Below, piece after piece: positions 1 through 7,106 of a stretch of 14,451 nt of DNA. The number at the start of each line of letters is the position of its first letter. Positions within the stretch are counted from its first letter, which is position 1. This stretch comes from an uncultured archaeon (lineage in GTDB: Archaea > Iainarchaeota > Iainarchaeia > Iainarchaeales > DTGL01), in the NCBI GenBank assembly GCA_964551725.1, contig CAZKED010000026.1, positions 1 to 14,451 of the forward strand. The letters run 5' to 3'. The translations under genes and the position numbers were made by a program. The notes under the pieces were generated by a model. The model was not told where the DNA came from. It saw nothing but the letters and a program-made list of their open reading frames with translations, and ran no database searches.

Positions 1-2
1 CG

Positions 3-86
3 CTTGAAAGGATTCTCGTAAAGCAGAACAGGCATTTTTCAAAAATGGGCTTCTTCGGACCAAAAAAGGGGGAAAGGAGGCATTGA
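3..86 (+). CDS. 3' end of an upstream gene (partial, product unknown)
   Basis: Frame 3 is open from the window edge (LERILVKQNRHFSKMGFFGPKKGERRH) to TGA at 84-86, 3 bp before the next ATG. It contains the AGGAGG (75-80) that serves the next gene. Confidence 0.55.
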   Translation, partial: LERILVKQNRHFSKMGFFGPKKGERRH

Positions 87-89
87 GCA

Positions 90-800
90 ATGGAGCTTGT
101 GGAGCTCTTCCTACTGGGCGCAATACTCTTTACCGCTGACGTTCTCACGATGGTCTTCATAAGGTGGAGAGGGATAAGTTTCTCCAGTCTGGCCGAGTTC
201 TCTTCGGGTCTTTTTACCGCTTTTGTGTTCCTTCAGTTTTTACCGGAACTTTTTTCGGGCTGGGAAGTGCTCGAGGAAACCCTTTTTTCATTCTTGTTTC
301 TCGGATTTGCGGTTTTTTTTATTATTGAAATATGCTATGTGAACAGGAGGAAGGCTGAGGAATCCAGGTCAATCGCGTCCGTTGACGCGCCGGTTTATTA
401 TGTTGAGTTCTTCATAGAGGGAATGGCAATTTTCTTTTTTCTCAACTCAAAGCCCTTCCTTTCGGGGCTGGTTCTTCTCAGCCCCTTTATCCTTTCCACG
501 GTCTCAGCATCCCTTGCCCTTACCGACCTCTACAAAAAATTCTACAAGAGTCTCTGGGTTGACATATTCTTTGACGCATACCCTCTGCTCGGCATATTCT
601 ATGCTTTTTTGATAAACCCTTTCCTTGAAATGTTTTACGCGGCATTCGCCTTTGTTTCGGGCTTTTTCCTTTATTTGATAATAAAGAGGACTTCCGCAAT
701 AAGAACAATCCGGGGTGCAAAAGTGTTTATGGCGGGAATGGCTGTCTGCATTGCAATAATCTATTCGGTGAGAGCCGCTTCGTTCCTCTTCACACTCTGA
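90..800 (+). CDS. Multi-pass membrane protein, ZIP (Zrt/Irt-like) metal transporter-like, degenerate
   Basis: About 8 hydrophobic segments. FSSGLFTAFVFLQFLPE resembles ZIP TM2, FFIEGMAI resembles TM4 and FVSGFFLY resembles TM7. SD AGGAGG at 75-80. The metal-binding His residues are absent. Confidence 0.6.
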   Translation: MELVELFLLGAILFTADVLTMVFIRWRGISFSSLAEFSSGLFTAFVFLQFLPELFSGWEVLEETLFSFLFLGFAVFFIIEICYVNRRKAEESRSIASVDAPVYYVEFFIEGMAIFFFLNSKPFLSGLVLLSPFILSTVSASLALTDLYKKFYKSLWVDIFFDAYPLLGIFYAFLINPFLEMFYAAFAFVSGFFLYLIIKRTSAIRTIRGAKVFMAGMAVCIAIIYSVRAASFLFTL

Positions 801-806
801 TTCGTG

Positions 807-814
807 TTTTTAAA
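807..814 (+). promoter_or_regulatory. Putative TATA box for dfx-ogg
   Basis: TTTTTAAA in the 69-bp intergenic gap upstream of dfx. Confidence 0.4.
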
Positions 815-857
815 TTTACCGAATCTACCTCTTACCGCGGAAAACACCCTTTCGCGG

Positions 858-865
858 GGAGGTGA
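858..865 (+). promoter_or_regulatory. Shine-Dalgarno site of dfx
   Basis: GGAGGTGA (archaeal-type consensus) 4 nt before the ATG at 870. Confidence 0.85.
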
Positions 866-869
866 AAAG

Positions 870-1250
870 ATGACTGAGTTGCACCAGGTTTTCAAATGCA
901 CAGTATGCGGCAACATTGTTGAAGTGCTGCACGCCGGCGTGGGCGAGCTTGTCTGTTGCGGCAAGCCCATGCAGCTTATGCAGGAAAAAACCCGGGACGA
1001 GGGAATGGAAAAGCACGTGCCGGTGGTAGAAAAAACAGAGGGCGGAATAAAGGTGAAGATTGGGTCGATACCGCACCCAATGGAACAGGCGCACTACATT
1101 GAATGGATTGAAATTATTGCGGACGGCAGGTCGTACAAAAAATTCCTCAAGCCTGGGGAAAATCCCGAAGCGGAATTCCGGGTTTCGGCGGAGCAGGTCA
1201 CGGCAAGGGAATACTGCAACGTGCACGGTCTCTGGAAATCGCGGGCATGA
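870..1250 (+). CDS. dfx: Desulfoferrodoxin (2Fe superoxide reductase)
   Basis: N-terminal desulforedoxin site CTVC...CC; catalytic site EKHVP, HPM...[11 protein letters not shown]. Start moved from the ORF-track GTG at 804 to ATG 870 because of the strong SD and the family N-terminus. Confidence 0.96.
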   Translation: MTELHQVFKCTVCGNIVEVLHAGVGELVCCGKPMQLMQEKTRDEGMEKHVPVVEKTEGGIKVKIGSIPHPMEQAHYIEWIEIIADGRSYKKFLKPGENPEAEFRVSAEQVTAREYCNVHGLWKSRA

Positions 1251-1882
1251 TTGCAATGGAAGAACTGCTGCAGCGCATTGAAGCGCTGAAAAAAAGCGCT
1301 GTCCGCAAGAAAATAGATGGGAGAATGCGCGAGTTCTCCGCGCTCGGAAAAAAGCCCAGTGCAGAGCAATTCGAGGAACTCTGCTTCTGCCTTCTCACCG
1401 CCAATTTCAATGCGGAGCGCGCTATCGAGATTCAGGGCAGAATCGGCGGCGGCTTCTGCTCGCTGCCCCGCGGGAAACTCTCCAAGAAACTGCGCGAGCT
1501 GGGCTACCGGTATCCGAACAAGCGCTCGGAATACATCTGCGGAGCGCGAAAATTCAGCGGCACTATTGCCGAAAAAATTGCCTCCTTTCCCGATGGCAGA
1601 AAGGCAAGGGAGTGGCTGGTGCAGAATGTGCGCGGTCTCGGTTACAAGGAAGCAAGCCATTTTCTCCGCAACATCGGCTTTACCGATGTATCGATAATCG
1701 ATTTCCACATCATTGACTTGCTCCACAGGGAGGGGGTCTGCGAGAAACCGAAAACGCTCACTCCCGAAAAGTATTTGGGAATTGAGTCCGTGCTCGAAAG
1801 GCTGGCGGGAAAGGCGGGACTCAACCTCGCGGAGCTGGACCTTTACCTGTGGTTTCTGGAAACAGGCAAGGTCCTCAAATGA
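1247..1882 (+). CDS. ogg: N-glycosylase/DNA lyase (8-oxoguanine DNA glycosylase, Ogg2 type)
   Basis: [12 protein letters not shown]; HhH motif [17 protein letters not shown] with catalytic Lys; IIDFHI with catalytic Asp; C-terminal LDLYLW...GKVLK. ATGA overlap with the dfx stop; alternative ATG at 1256. Confidence 0.93.
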   Translation: MIAMEELLQRIEALKKSAVRKKIDGRMREFSALGKKPSAEQFEELCFCLLTANFNAERAIEIQGRIGGGFCSLPRGKLSKKLRELGYRYPNKRSEYICGARKFSGTIAEKIASFPDGRKAREWLVQNVRGLGYKEASHFLRNIGFTDVSIIDFHIIDLLHREGVCEKPKTLTPEKYLGIESVLERLAGKAGLNLAELDLYLWFLETGKVLK

Positions 1883-1884
1883 TT

Positions 1885-2586
1885 TTATTTTTCCAGCACG
1901 CAGCCGAACATCAGCCGGCAGATGCTGCGTACCCTGAATTTTCCGGTCAGTTCTTTGCAGAGTTTTTCCACTTCCTTTCTTGTGTACGCTTTGCTTACCG
2001 CTGCGGGGCAGACGCTGCAGCCCTCCAGTATAATGTGTCCCTGCCGGGTTTCCCCCAGAGAAGTGTGACCGCGGCTCCTGTACATTTCCCTCCTCTGCTT
2101 CTCAAACCCTTTTTTGTAAACGGAAAAAACCACGGTTTTGCAGCAGCGGAGCATTTCTTCAAGCCATTTTTTCTCGTCTTCCTGCCATCCGACGATGTTC
2201 ATGGCGTTGATTCCCAGATCAAAGCAGTTGTCAGTGAACGGCGTTCTGCCCCCTACGAACATTTTAATTATTTTTACTTTCTTTTCCTTCCTGAACCTTT
2301 TTTCCGCGAATTCAGCCATTTCTTTTGCGCCTTCAACGGCAATCAGTTTCTCTATTCCCGGACAGTTCTCCAGGCACGTTTCAACAAGTCTGCCGGTTCC
2401 GCATCCTATTTCCAGCGTTGTTCTCGGTTTTTTTTCCTCAAGCACTTTCTTAAGGAAATCGCTTTCCGCCATATGGATGTCAAACCAGTGCCTTGCCGGA
2501 AAGGGAATCCTGTCCGGGTTTCCCTCCCTGATGGTTTTTTCGGTGGAATAGAGGCAGTTAAAGCAGAGTCCCTTGTTTGGAGCCAT
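1885..2586 (-). CDS. Class I SAM-dependent methyltransferase, substrate unknown
   Basis: Motif I TLEIGCGTGRL, acidic end of strand 2 (IAVE), PFTDNCFDL. ATG at 2586 with a G-rich run upstream is preferred over the TTG at 2637; the start is uncertain. Confidence 0.85.
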   Translation of the reverse strand: MAPNKGLCFNCLYSTEKTIREGNPDRIPFPARHWFDIHMAESDFLKKVLEEKKPRTTLEIGCGTGRLVETCLENCPGIEKLIAVEGAKEMAEFAEKRFRKEKKVKIIKMFVGGRTPFTDNCFDLGINAMNIVGWQEDEKKWLEEMLRCCKTVVFSVYKKGFEKQRREMYRSRGHTSLGETRQGHIILEGCSVCPAAVSKAYTRKEVEKLCKELTGKFRVRSICRLMFGCVLEK

Positions 2587-2698
2587 GGGGTTTCCCCCCG
2601 GAAGCGAACTTTCCAAAATCACTTTATCACCAGCCAAAGTGTATAAAGAAATAAGGGATTAACAGATTAATATGTTTTTCAATAGATTTTTGTCGCAA

Positions 2699-2728
2699 AT
2701 GGTTAATTTTATATATAAGTTTAACCAT
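2699..2728. promoter_or_regulatory. 30-bp near-perfect palindrome with central TATA box between divergent genes
   Basis: ATGGTTAA-tt-TTATATATAA-gt-TTAACCAT; 13 of 15 positions pair. It ends 10 bp before the Lrp ATG at 2739. Confidence 0.7.
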
Positions 2729-2738
2729 ATTTTACATT

Positions 2739-3743
2739 ATGGATGAGGTTGACAGGAGGCTTTTGTACGAGCTCGACCTCGGGAGCAGGCAGCCGCTCTC
2801 AAAAATAGCGAGAAAGTTGCGCTTGTCGGAGCGCATTGTTTCCTACCGGCTGAACAAGCTCGTCGAGGAAAAAGTGATTGAAAAATTCATTACGATAATG
2901 AACACCTCGAGGCTGGGATTCACTGACTACAAGCTTTACATAAGACTCGCGAACGTTTCCTCAGAAAAGGAGGGGGAAATTCTCGGCTTTTTGATTGCTC
3001 ACCCCTATATCCAGTGGGTGGCTTTCTGCCAGGGTAATTACGACCTCATACTCGCGGTTTACGCGAGGAACATTGTCCACTTCCACAGCATTCTTTCAGG
3101 AATACAGGAGGAGATAGGGAGCCACATGGCGCAGAAAGACCTTTCAATTATCTCCGGCTTCTACAATTTCAGGCGCTCTTACCTTATTGGTGGAAAAAGG
3201 AAAGCCGGGGAATTCACCTATTACGGCGAGGAGCCCCGGCGTGTTGAACTCGATGAGGCGGACATCAAAATTCTCACCGCGGTTTCCCAGAACGCGAGGA
3301 TTCCCACGATTGAAATTGCCCGCGAGACAGGGCTTTCACCAGAAGTGGCGAAATACAGGCTGAAAAAACTGCTCAAGGAGAACGTTATACAGGGCTTCAG
3401 GCCGAGGATTGACACGAACGAGCTCGGCGTGCAGTACTACAAGATTCTGCTCTCGCTGAACAACCGCACCGAGGAAGTGGAAAGGAAGATTGTTTCCTGC
3501 CTTGAAACCTTCCCAAACGTTGTTTACGCGACAAAATGCGTTGCTCCCTGGGATTTGGAGTTTGAGTGCGAGGTGGAATCCACGGCAAAACTACAGGAAA
3601 TCCTTGCCGGAGTGAGGGACAGTTTTCCAGGCAACATAAAGGACTACCGCACCGTGCTCATACTGAAGGAAATGAAATTCGATTACCTGCCAATGGGGGA
3701 AAAATACGATTACCTGAAAGCCATGGCTAATGGAAAACATTAA
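2739..3743 (+). CDS. Lrp/AsnC family transcriptional regulator with two tandem HTH+RAM units
   Basis: Two homologous halves: MDEVDRRLLYELDLGSRQPLSKIARKLRLS...YRLNKL and LDEADIKILTAVSQNARIPTIEIARETGLS...YRLKKL. Each is followed by an effector domain (GNYDL / APWDL). Confidence 0.92.
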   Translation: MDEVDRRLLYELDLGSRQPLSKIARKLRLSERIVSYRLNKLVEEKVIEKFITIMNTSRLGFTDYKLYIRLANVSSEKEGEILGFLIAHPYIQWVAFCQGNYDLILAVYARNIVHFHSILSGIQEEIGSHMAQKDLSIISGFYNFRRSYLIGGKRKAGEFTYYGEEPRRVELDEADIKILTAVSQNARIPTIEIARETGLSPEVAKYRLKKLLKENVIQGFRPRIDTNELGVQYYKILLSLNNRTEEVERKIVSCLETFPNVVYATKCVAPWDLEFECEVESTAKLQEILAGVRDSFPGNIKDYRTVLILKEMKFDYLPMGEKYDYLKAMANGKH

Positions 3744-3779
3744 GTACCAGTTTAGTGTAATGTTTGCGGGAGAGACAAA

Positions 3780-4730
3780 ATGACAGACGTGAAGGGCGCA
3801 GAGTACAAAATCTTCGAAGACCTTTCTTTTGAATCCAAAATAGCGGAAACGAAGAAGGGCAGGATTGAATATTTCCTGACAGAAGAAGAGAACAAAGAAA
3901 AACCGGTCGTCATGTGCTCTCACGGCGGCATAGGGGGAGTGGACCAGTCGCGGCTGATGCTCGACTGGGTGGAAAAAGACAGGTACAGGCTGCTTTGCTT
4001 GTCAAGACCGGGCTATCTTTTAACGCCTCTCGGAAGCGGTAAAAGCATTGAAGAGCAGGCAGACTTGTTCGCGTGCCTTCTCGACCATTTGGACATAAAA
4101 AAAGCGTGCGTGCTGTCAGGTTCAGCCGGGGGTCCGCCGGCATACGCCTTTGCAATAAGGCATCCTGAGAGGCAGTGGGGGCTTGTTGCAGTTGACAGCG
4201 TTAGCGGGTTTTACGATATGCCGGAAACCGTGGGACCGATTGCAGCAATGTTTTTCACAAGCCATTTCGGGCAAAAACTCTTAAAGGCAATTGGCGATAA
4301 CAAGCCGGAATGGGTTGCAAGTGAACTCTTTAAGTCAGAGGCGTATTTCACAAGGGACCAGTTAAGGGAGCACATGGATTACGTGCTGAAAAACAAGGAG
4401 CCCGGAAGATTCCTTAAAGCATTTGTAAACACGATGAATCCCTACCGCCCAAGAAAGCCGGGCACTGACAACGATATGAAGCTTTACAGGCAATTAACGC
4501 ACTTGGAAGTGGAAAAAATCAAAATTCCCGCGCTCATTGTTCACGGAACACATGATGCCGATGTAAAATTCTATGACGGCGTTTATGCCTATGAAAACAT
4601 CAAAGGAGCGAAAAGATATTGGATTGAAGAGGGCTCGCACCTTTGCTTCTGGCTCAGCAAGGATGCAAAAAACGCACAAAAATTTGCAATGGATTTTTTG
4701 GACAGCCTGCAAAAAAACGGCTCCGCATGA
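3780..4730 (+). CDS. Alpha/beta fold hydrolase
   Basis: HGGIGG oxyanion motif, SRPGY, nucleophile elbow SGSAGG, LIVHGTHDADV (acid), EGSH (His). No signal peptide. Confidence 0.9.
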   Translation: MTDVKGAEYKIFEDLSFESKIAETKKGRIEYFLTEEENKEKPVVMCSHGGIGGVDQSRLMLDWVEKDRYRLLCLSRPGYLLTPLGSGKSIEEQADLFACLLDHLDIKKACVLSGSAGGPPAYAFAIRHPERQWGLVAVDSVSGFYDMPETVGPIAAMFFTSHFGQKLLKAIGDNKPEWVASELFKSEAYFTRDQLREHMDYVLKNKEPGRFLKAFVNTMNPYRPRKPGTDNDMKLYRQLTHLEVEKIKIPALIVHGTHDADVKFYDGVYAYENIKGAKRYWIEEGSHLCFWLSKDAKNAQKFAMDFLDSLQKNGSA

Positions 4731-4825
4731 CATTGTGCACCGGCTTGCACCCTAAAAATTTTTGCCTGAGACATCGCCAATCAATCACTCCAAGCCAAAA
4801 AGACATTACTGCCAGGAACAGGAAG

Positions 4826-4833
4826 TTTTTTAA
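4826..4833 (+). promoter_or_regulatory. Putative TATA box of the surface-protein gene
   Basis: Purine-rich GGAAG then TTTTTTAA, ending 23 nt before ATG 4857; spacing fits a leaderless or very short-leader mRNA. Confidence 0.45.
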
Positions 4834-4856
4834 GGAATTAAACACAAGGAACTCTT

Positions 4857-7103
4857 ATGCAGGGCTGTCGGGCTTTAACTATTCTAACATTGCTCTTTGC
4901 TGTAGGGTTCTATATGGTGCCCGAAGCGCTGGCTGTACCAACGGAAGACGAACCCGAGCGCTGTCCGCAGGTCGTGATGTTGAAGAGCAGCAAGGGCTGG
5001 CTTTTATTGCATCGCGACTTTGACAGGCTTGTGACAGCGCCTGAAGAGTGCGCCTGGAGCGGGGAAACGGAAGAATATAGTGTCCAGCTGGCAATGAAGG
5101 AGTTTTGTTCCAGTGCGGAGGAGGACCCTATCCTTTACACTCCTTGCTGGTGGGTCGACGTGTGGTCAGAAAAGAGCGGGGAAACCGTTGGAGAATACTG
5201 GGGGTCGAGGTCAGGCATGCCCTATGGCACGTTTAATATCCGCCAGGCGCCTGACTGGGAATATTACCCAAACCCTTTTCTGGGCTCCGCGGTTCAGGTA
5301 GAGCAGAGGAGTGTTGTGCTTGATTTGCTTGTTGAAAAGTACAAGACGGATGTTGAAGAGAAAACTGGCTATGCCGGCGATGGCTTCTATCTGGAGGGCA
5401 GAGTCCGGCAGGGGCATTCATTCGACACAGAGCAATACGGTTCCCAGCATGCAGAGCGGTTTGTGAAACCAGGCGTGACAGCGGTCTACAGAATAAAAAT
5501 TGAGAACGACGGCGACACTGCAGACACGTTTGGGCTGCAGGCAGACGTGCAGTACGGCGTGTACCCGGAGCGCGACCCGCACGAGCCGTGGAAAGTTGAC
5601 TTTTGGACTGACACGGTTGCCGCCGGCGAAGGCATAATGGATATTTATAACCGGTCGCTGAGCGGGATAACAGAAGAGCAATGGACTCCACAATCGAGCG
5701 GGGACATCACCGAGCAGATGCGAGGCGTGGACGGCTACACTACCCGTGAACTGGGACCGGGTGCCGCCCAATACATTATTGTGACCATGACCCCTCCGAC
5801 CGAGGGTCTGCCCCCCCGCACCAGCCAGTTGGTTGCAATCAAAGCATCCGTATACCAGTGGGACGGCATCCCTGATGATTCGTTGCTCCTGGAAACCACC
5901 CTGAGCGAGCTGGTTGTCAACCTTGACAGCGACGAGCCCGACGCTGACCTCAGCGACGGCACAAACGACGTTGACTTGTCAAAAGCCGGCGTGCAGGGAA
6001 CTCTCCGGGCGGCAATCCAGCAGGCAAACGCCAACCAGGGAAGGGAAACAATAGTATTCGAGTTGCCCGGCTCGGCAGTCATCACTCCTCTCTCGCCTCT
6101 TCCCGCTATTACAGACAAGCTTGTAATCGACGCCGGCACGCAGCCTGGTAGCGGGCACGTGGAATTAAACGGGAAACAGGCTGGAGCGAATGCCAGCGGA
6201 CTAAAGGTCGAGGCGGACTTCGTGGAACTCATGGGTCTGACAATTACGGAATTCGGTGGCAATGCAGGCGTCGAAGCCTCGGGAGCGGTCAAACTGGTTG
6301 ACTCAAAGGTTAGCGGAAACAGCGGGGCAGGGGTTTATGCCCTCGGGCTTGTGGATTCATGGGGCGATGGTGACAAGGGCGTGGTAATGGAAGGAGAGGT
6401 AGAAGTAAGCGACAACGGGAACACGGGAATCGGGACAGAGGGCCCGGTGGACGCAAGCAAGGCAGTTATCCAAGTAATAGGCAACGACGGGCACGGCATA
6501 TGGGCGAAAGGAGACGTGAAGATTAACCTGGCTGGCTGGGGCAGTGAATTTGCAAACTCACCCCTGTACGGCAAGGTAAGCAGCGTAAGCGGAAACGCCT
6601 GGGAAGGCATCCTCGCCGAGAACCCGAACGGTTCGTTCGCGAATGTTCAGGCAGGGTTCCTTGAAGTGAAGGACAACGGTGCAGGCGGTCCGAGCGGTGA
6701 GAATTCAGGCATATATGCCGACGGAACGGTCAGGCTGCAGGATTCAAAGGTTTCCGGCAATAACGGACCGGGAATTTATGCCCTCGGGCTGGAGGCCTCG
6801 CGGATTGAAGTTACAGACAACGCCAACAAGGGCATCCATGTAGAGGGCGATGCCGAAATCAGTACAGGAAAGGTCTGCAACAACAAGCAAGGAAACATTT
6901 CCGTTTCCGGTGAATCCAATCTGACGGATGTCGATTTCTGCCAAGGCGGGGCGGGCGGCGCCCTTGACAGCGGGGAAAGCCCGGCTGGAGAGCTTCCAAC
7001 AGAGGCGGATATAGGAACAGTGGGAATAATTGCGGCGGGAACCGCCGCTGTTTTGATTGCGGCAGTGTTCTTCATACGCTTTTTCTGGAAACCCGCCCTG
7101 TAA
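4857..7103 (+). CDS. Secreted, C-terminally anchored surface protein: Ig-like domain, CSLREA-like domain, right-handed parallel beta-helix
   Basis: Signal peptide ending ALA; YRIKIENDGDTADTFGL (Ig-like/NEW3-like); LVVN..D..D...DG...TLRAAIQQAN; repeated V-x-[GD]-N-x-x-x-G-[IV] units; Gly-rich linker; C-terminal TM helix then a short basic tail. Confidence 0.8.
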   Translation: MQGCRALTILTLLFAVGFYMVPEALAVPTEDEPERCPQVVMLKSSKGWLLLHRDFDRLVTAPEECAWSGETEEYSVQLAMKEFCSSAEEDPILYTPCWWVDVWSEKSGETVGEYWGSRSGMPYGTFNIRQAPDWEYYPNPFLGSAVQVEQRSVVLDLLVEKYKTDVEEKTGYAGDGFYLEGRVRQGHSFDTEQYGSQHAERFVKPGVTAVYRIKIENDGDTADTFGLQADVQYGVYPERDPHEPWKVDFWTDTVAAGEGIMDIYNRSLSGITEEQWTPQSSGDITEQMRGVDGYTTRELGPGAAQYIIVTMTPPTEGLPPRTSQLVAIKASVYQWDGIPDDSLLLETTLSELVVNLDSDEPDADLSDGTNDVDLSKAGVQGTLRAAIQQANANQGRETIVFELPGSAVITPLSPLPAITDKLVIDAGTQPGSGHVELNGKQAGANASGLKVEADFVELMGLTITEFGGNAGVEASGAVKLVDSKVSGNSGAGVYALGLVDSWGDGDKGVVMEGEVEVSDNGNTGIGTEGPVDASKAVIQVIGNDGHGIWAKGDVKINLAGWGSEFANSPLYGKVSSVSGNAWEGILAENPNGSFANVQAGFLEVKDNGAGGPSGENSGIYADGTVRLQDSKVSGNNGPGIYALGLEASRIEVTDNANKGIHVEGDAEISTGKVCNNKQGNISVSGESNLTDVDFCQGGAGGALDSGESPAGELPTEADIGTVGIIAAGTAAVLIAAVFFIRFFWKPAL
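6288..6791 (+). repeat. Internal duplication in the beta-helix (6288-6350 and 6729-6791)
   Basis: VKLVDSKVSGNSGAGVYALGL vs VRLQDSKVSGNNGPGIYALGL. Exact 16-mer TTTATGCCCTCGGGCT at 6334-6349 and 6775-6790, offset 441 bp. Confidence 0.8.
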
Positions 7104-7106
7104 AAT

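Noticed and set aside
804-869. N-terminal extension of Dfx from GTG 804
   Set aside because: The strong SD and family N-terminus point to ATG 870.
1849-2646. 265-aa plus-strand ORF and other long antisense ORFs (1094-1726, 5735-6292, 8832-9401, 10926-11375)
   Set aside because: They shadow well-supported genes on the opposite strand and show no recognisable motifs.
4654-4845. 63-aa minus-strand ORF or ncRNA in the 4731-4856 gap
   Set aside because: It overlaps the hydrolase 3' end and the next promoter; only trivial repeats (TGCACC twice, AAAAATTTTT) and no convincing structure.
5811-5817. C7 tract as a phase-variation switch
   Set aside because: Short, in frame, and explained by Pro-Pro-Arg codons.
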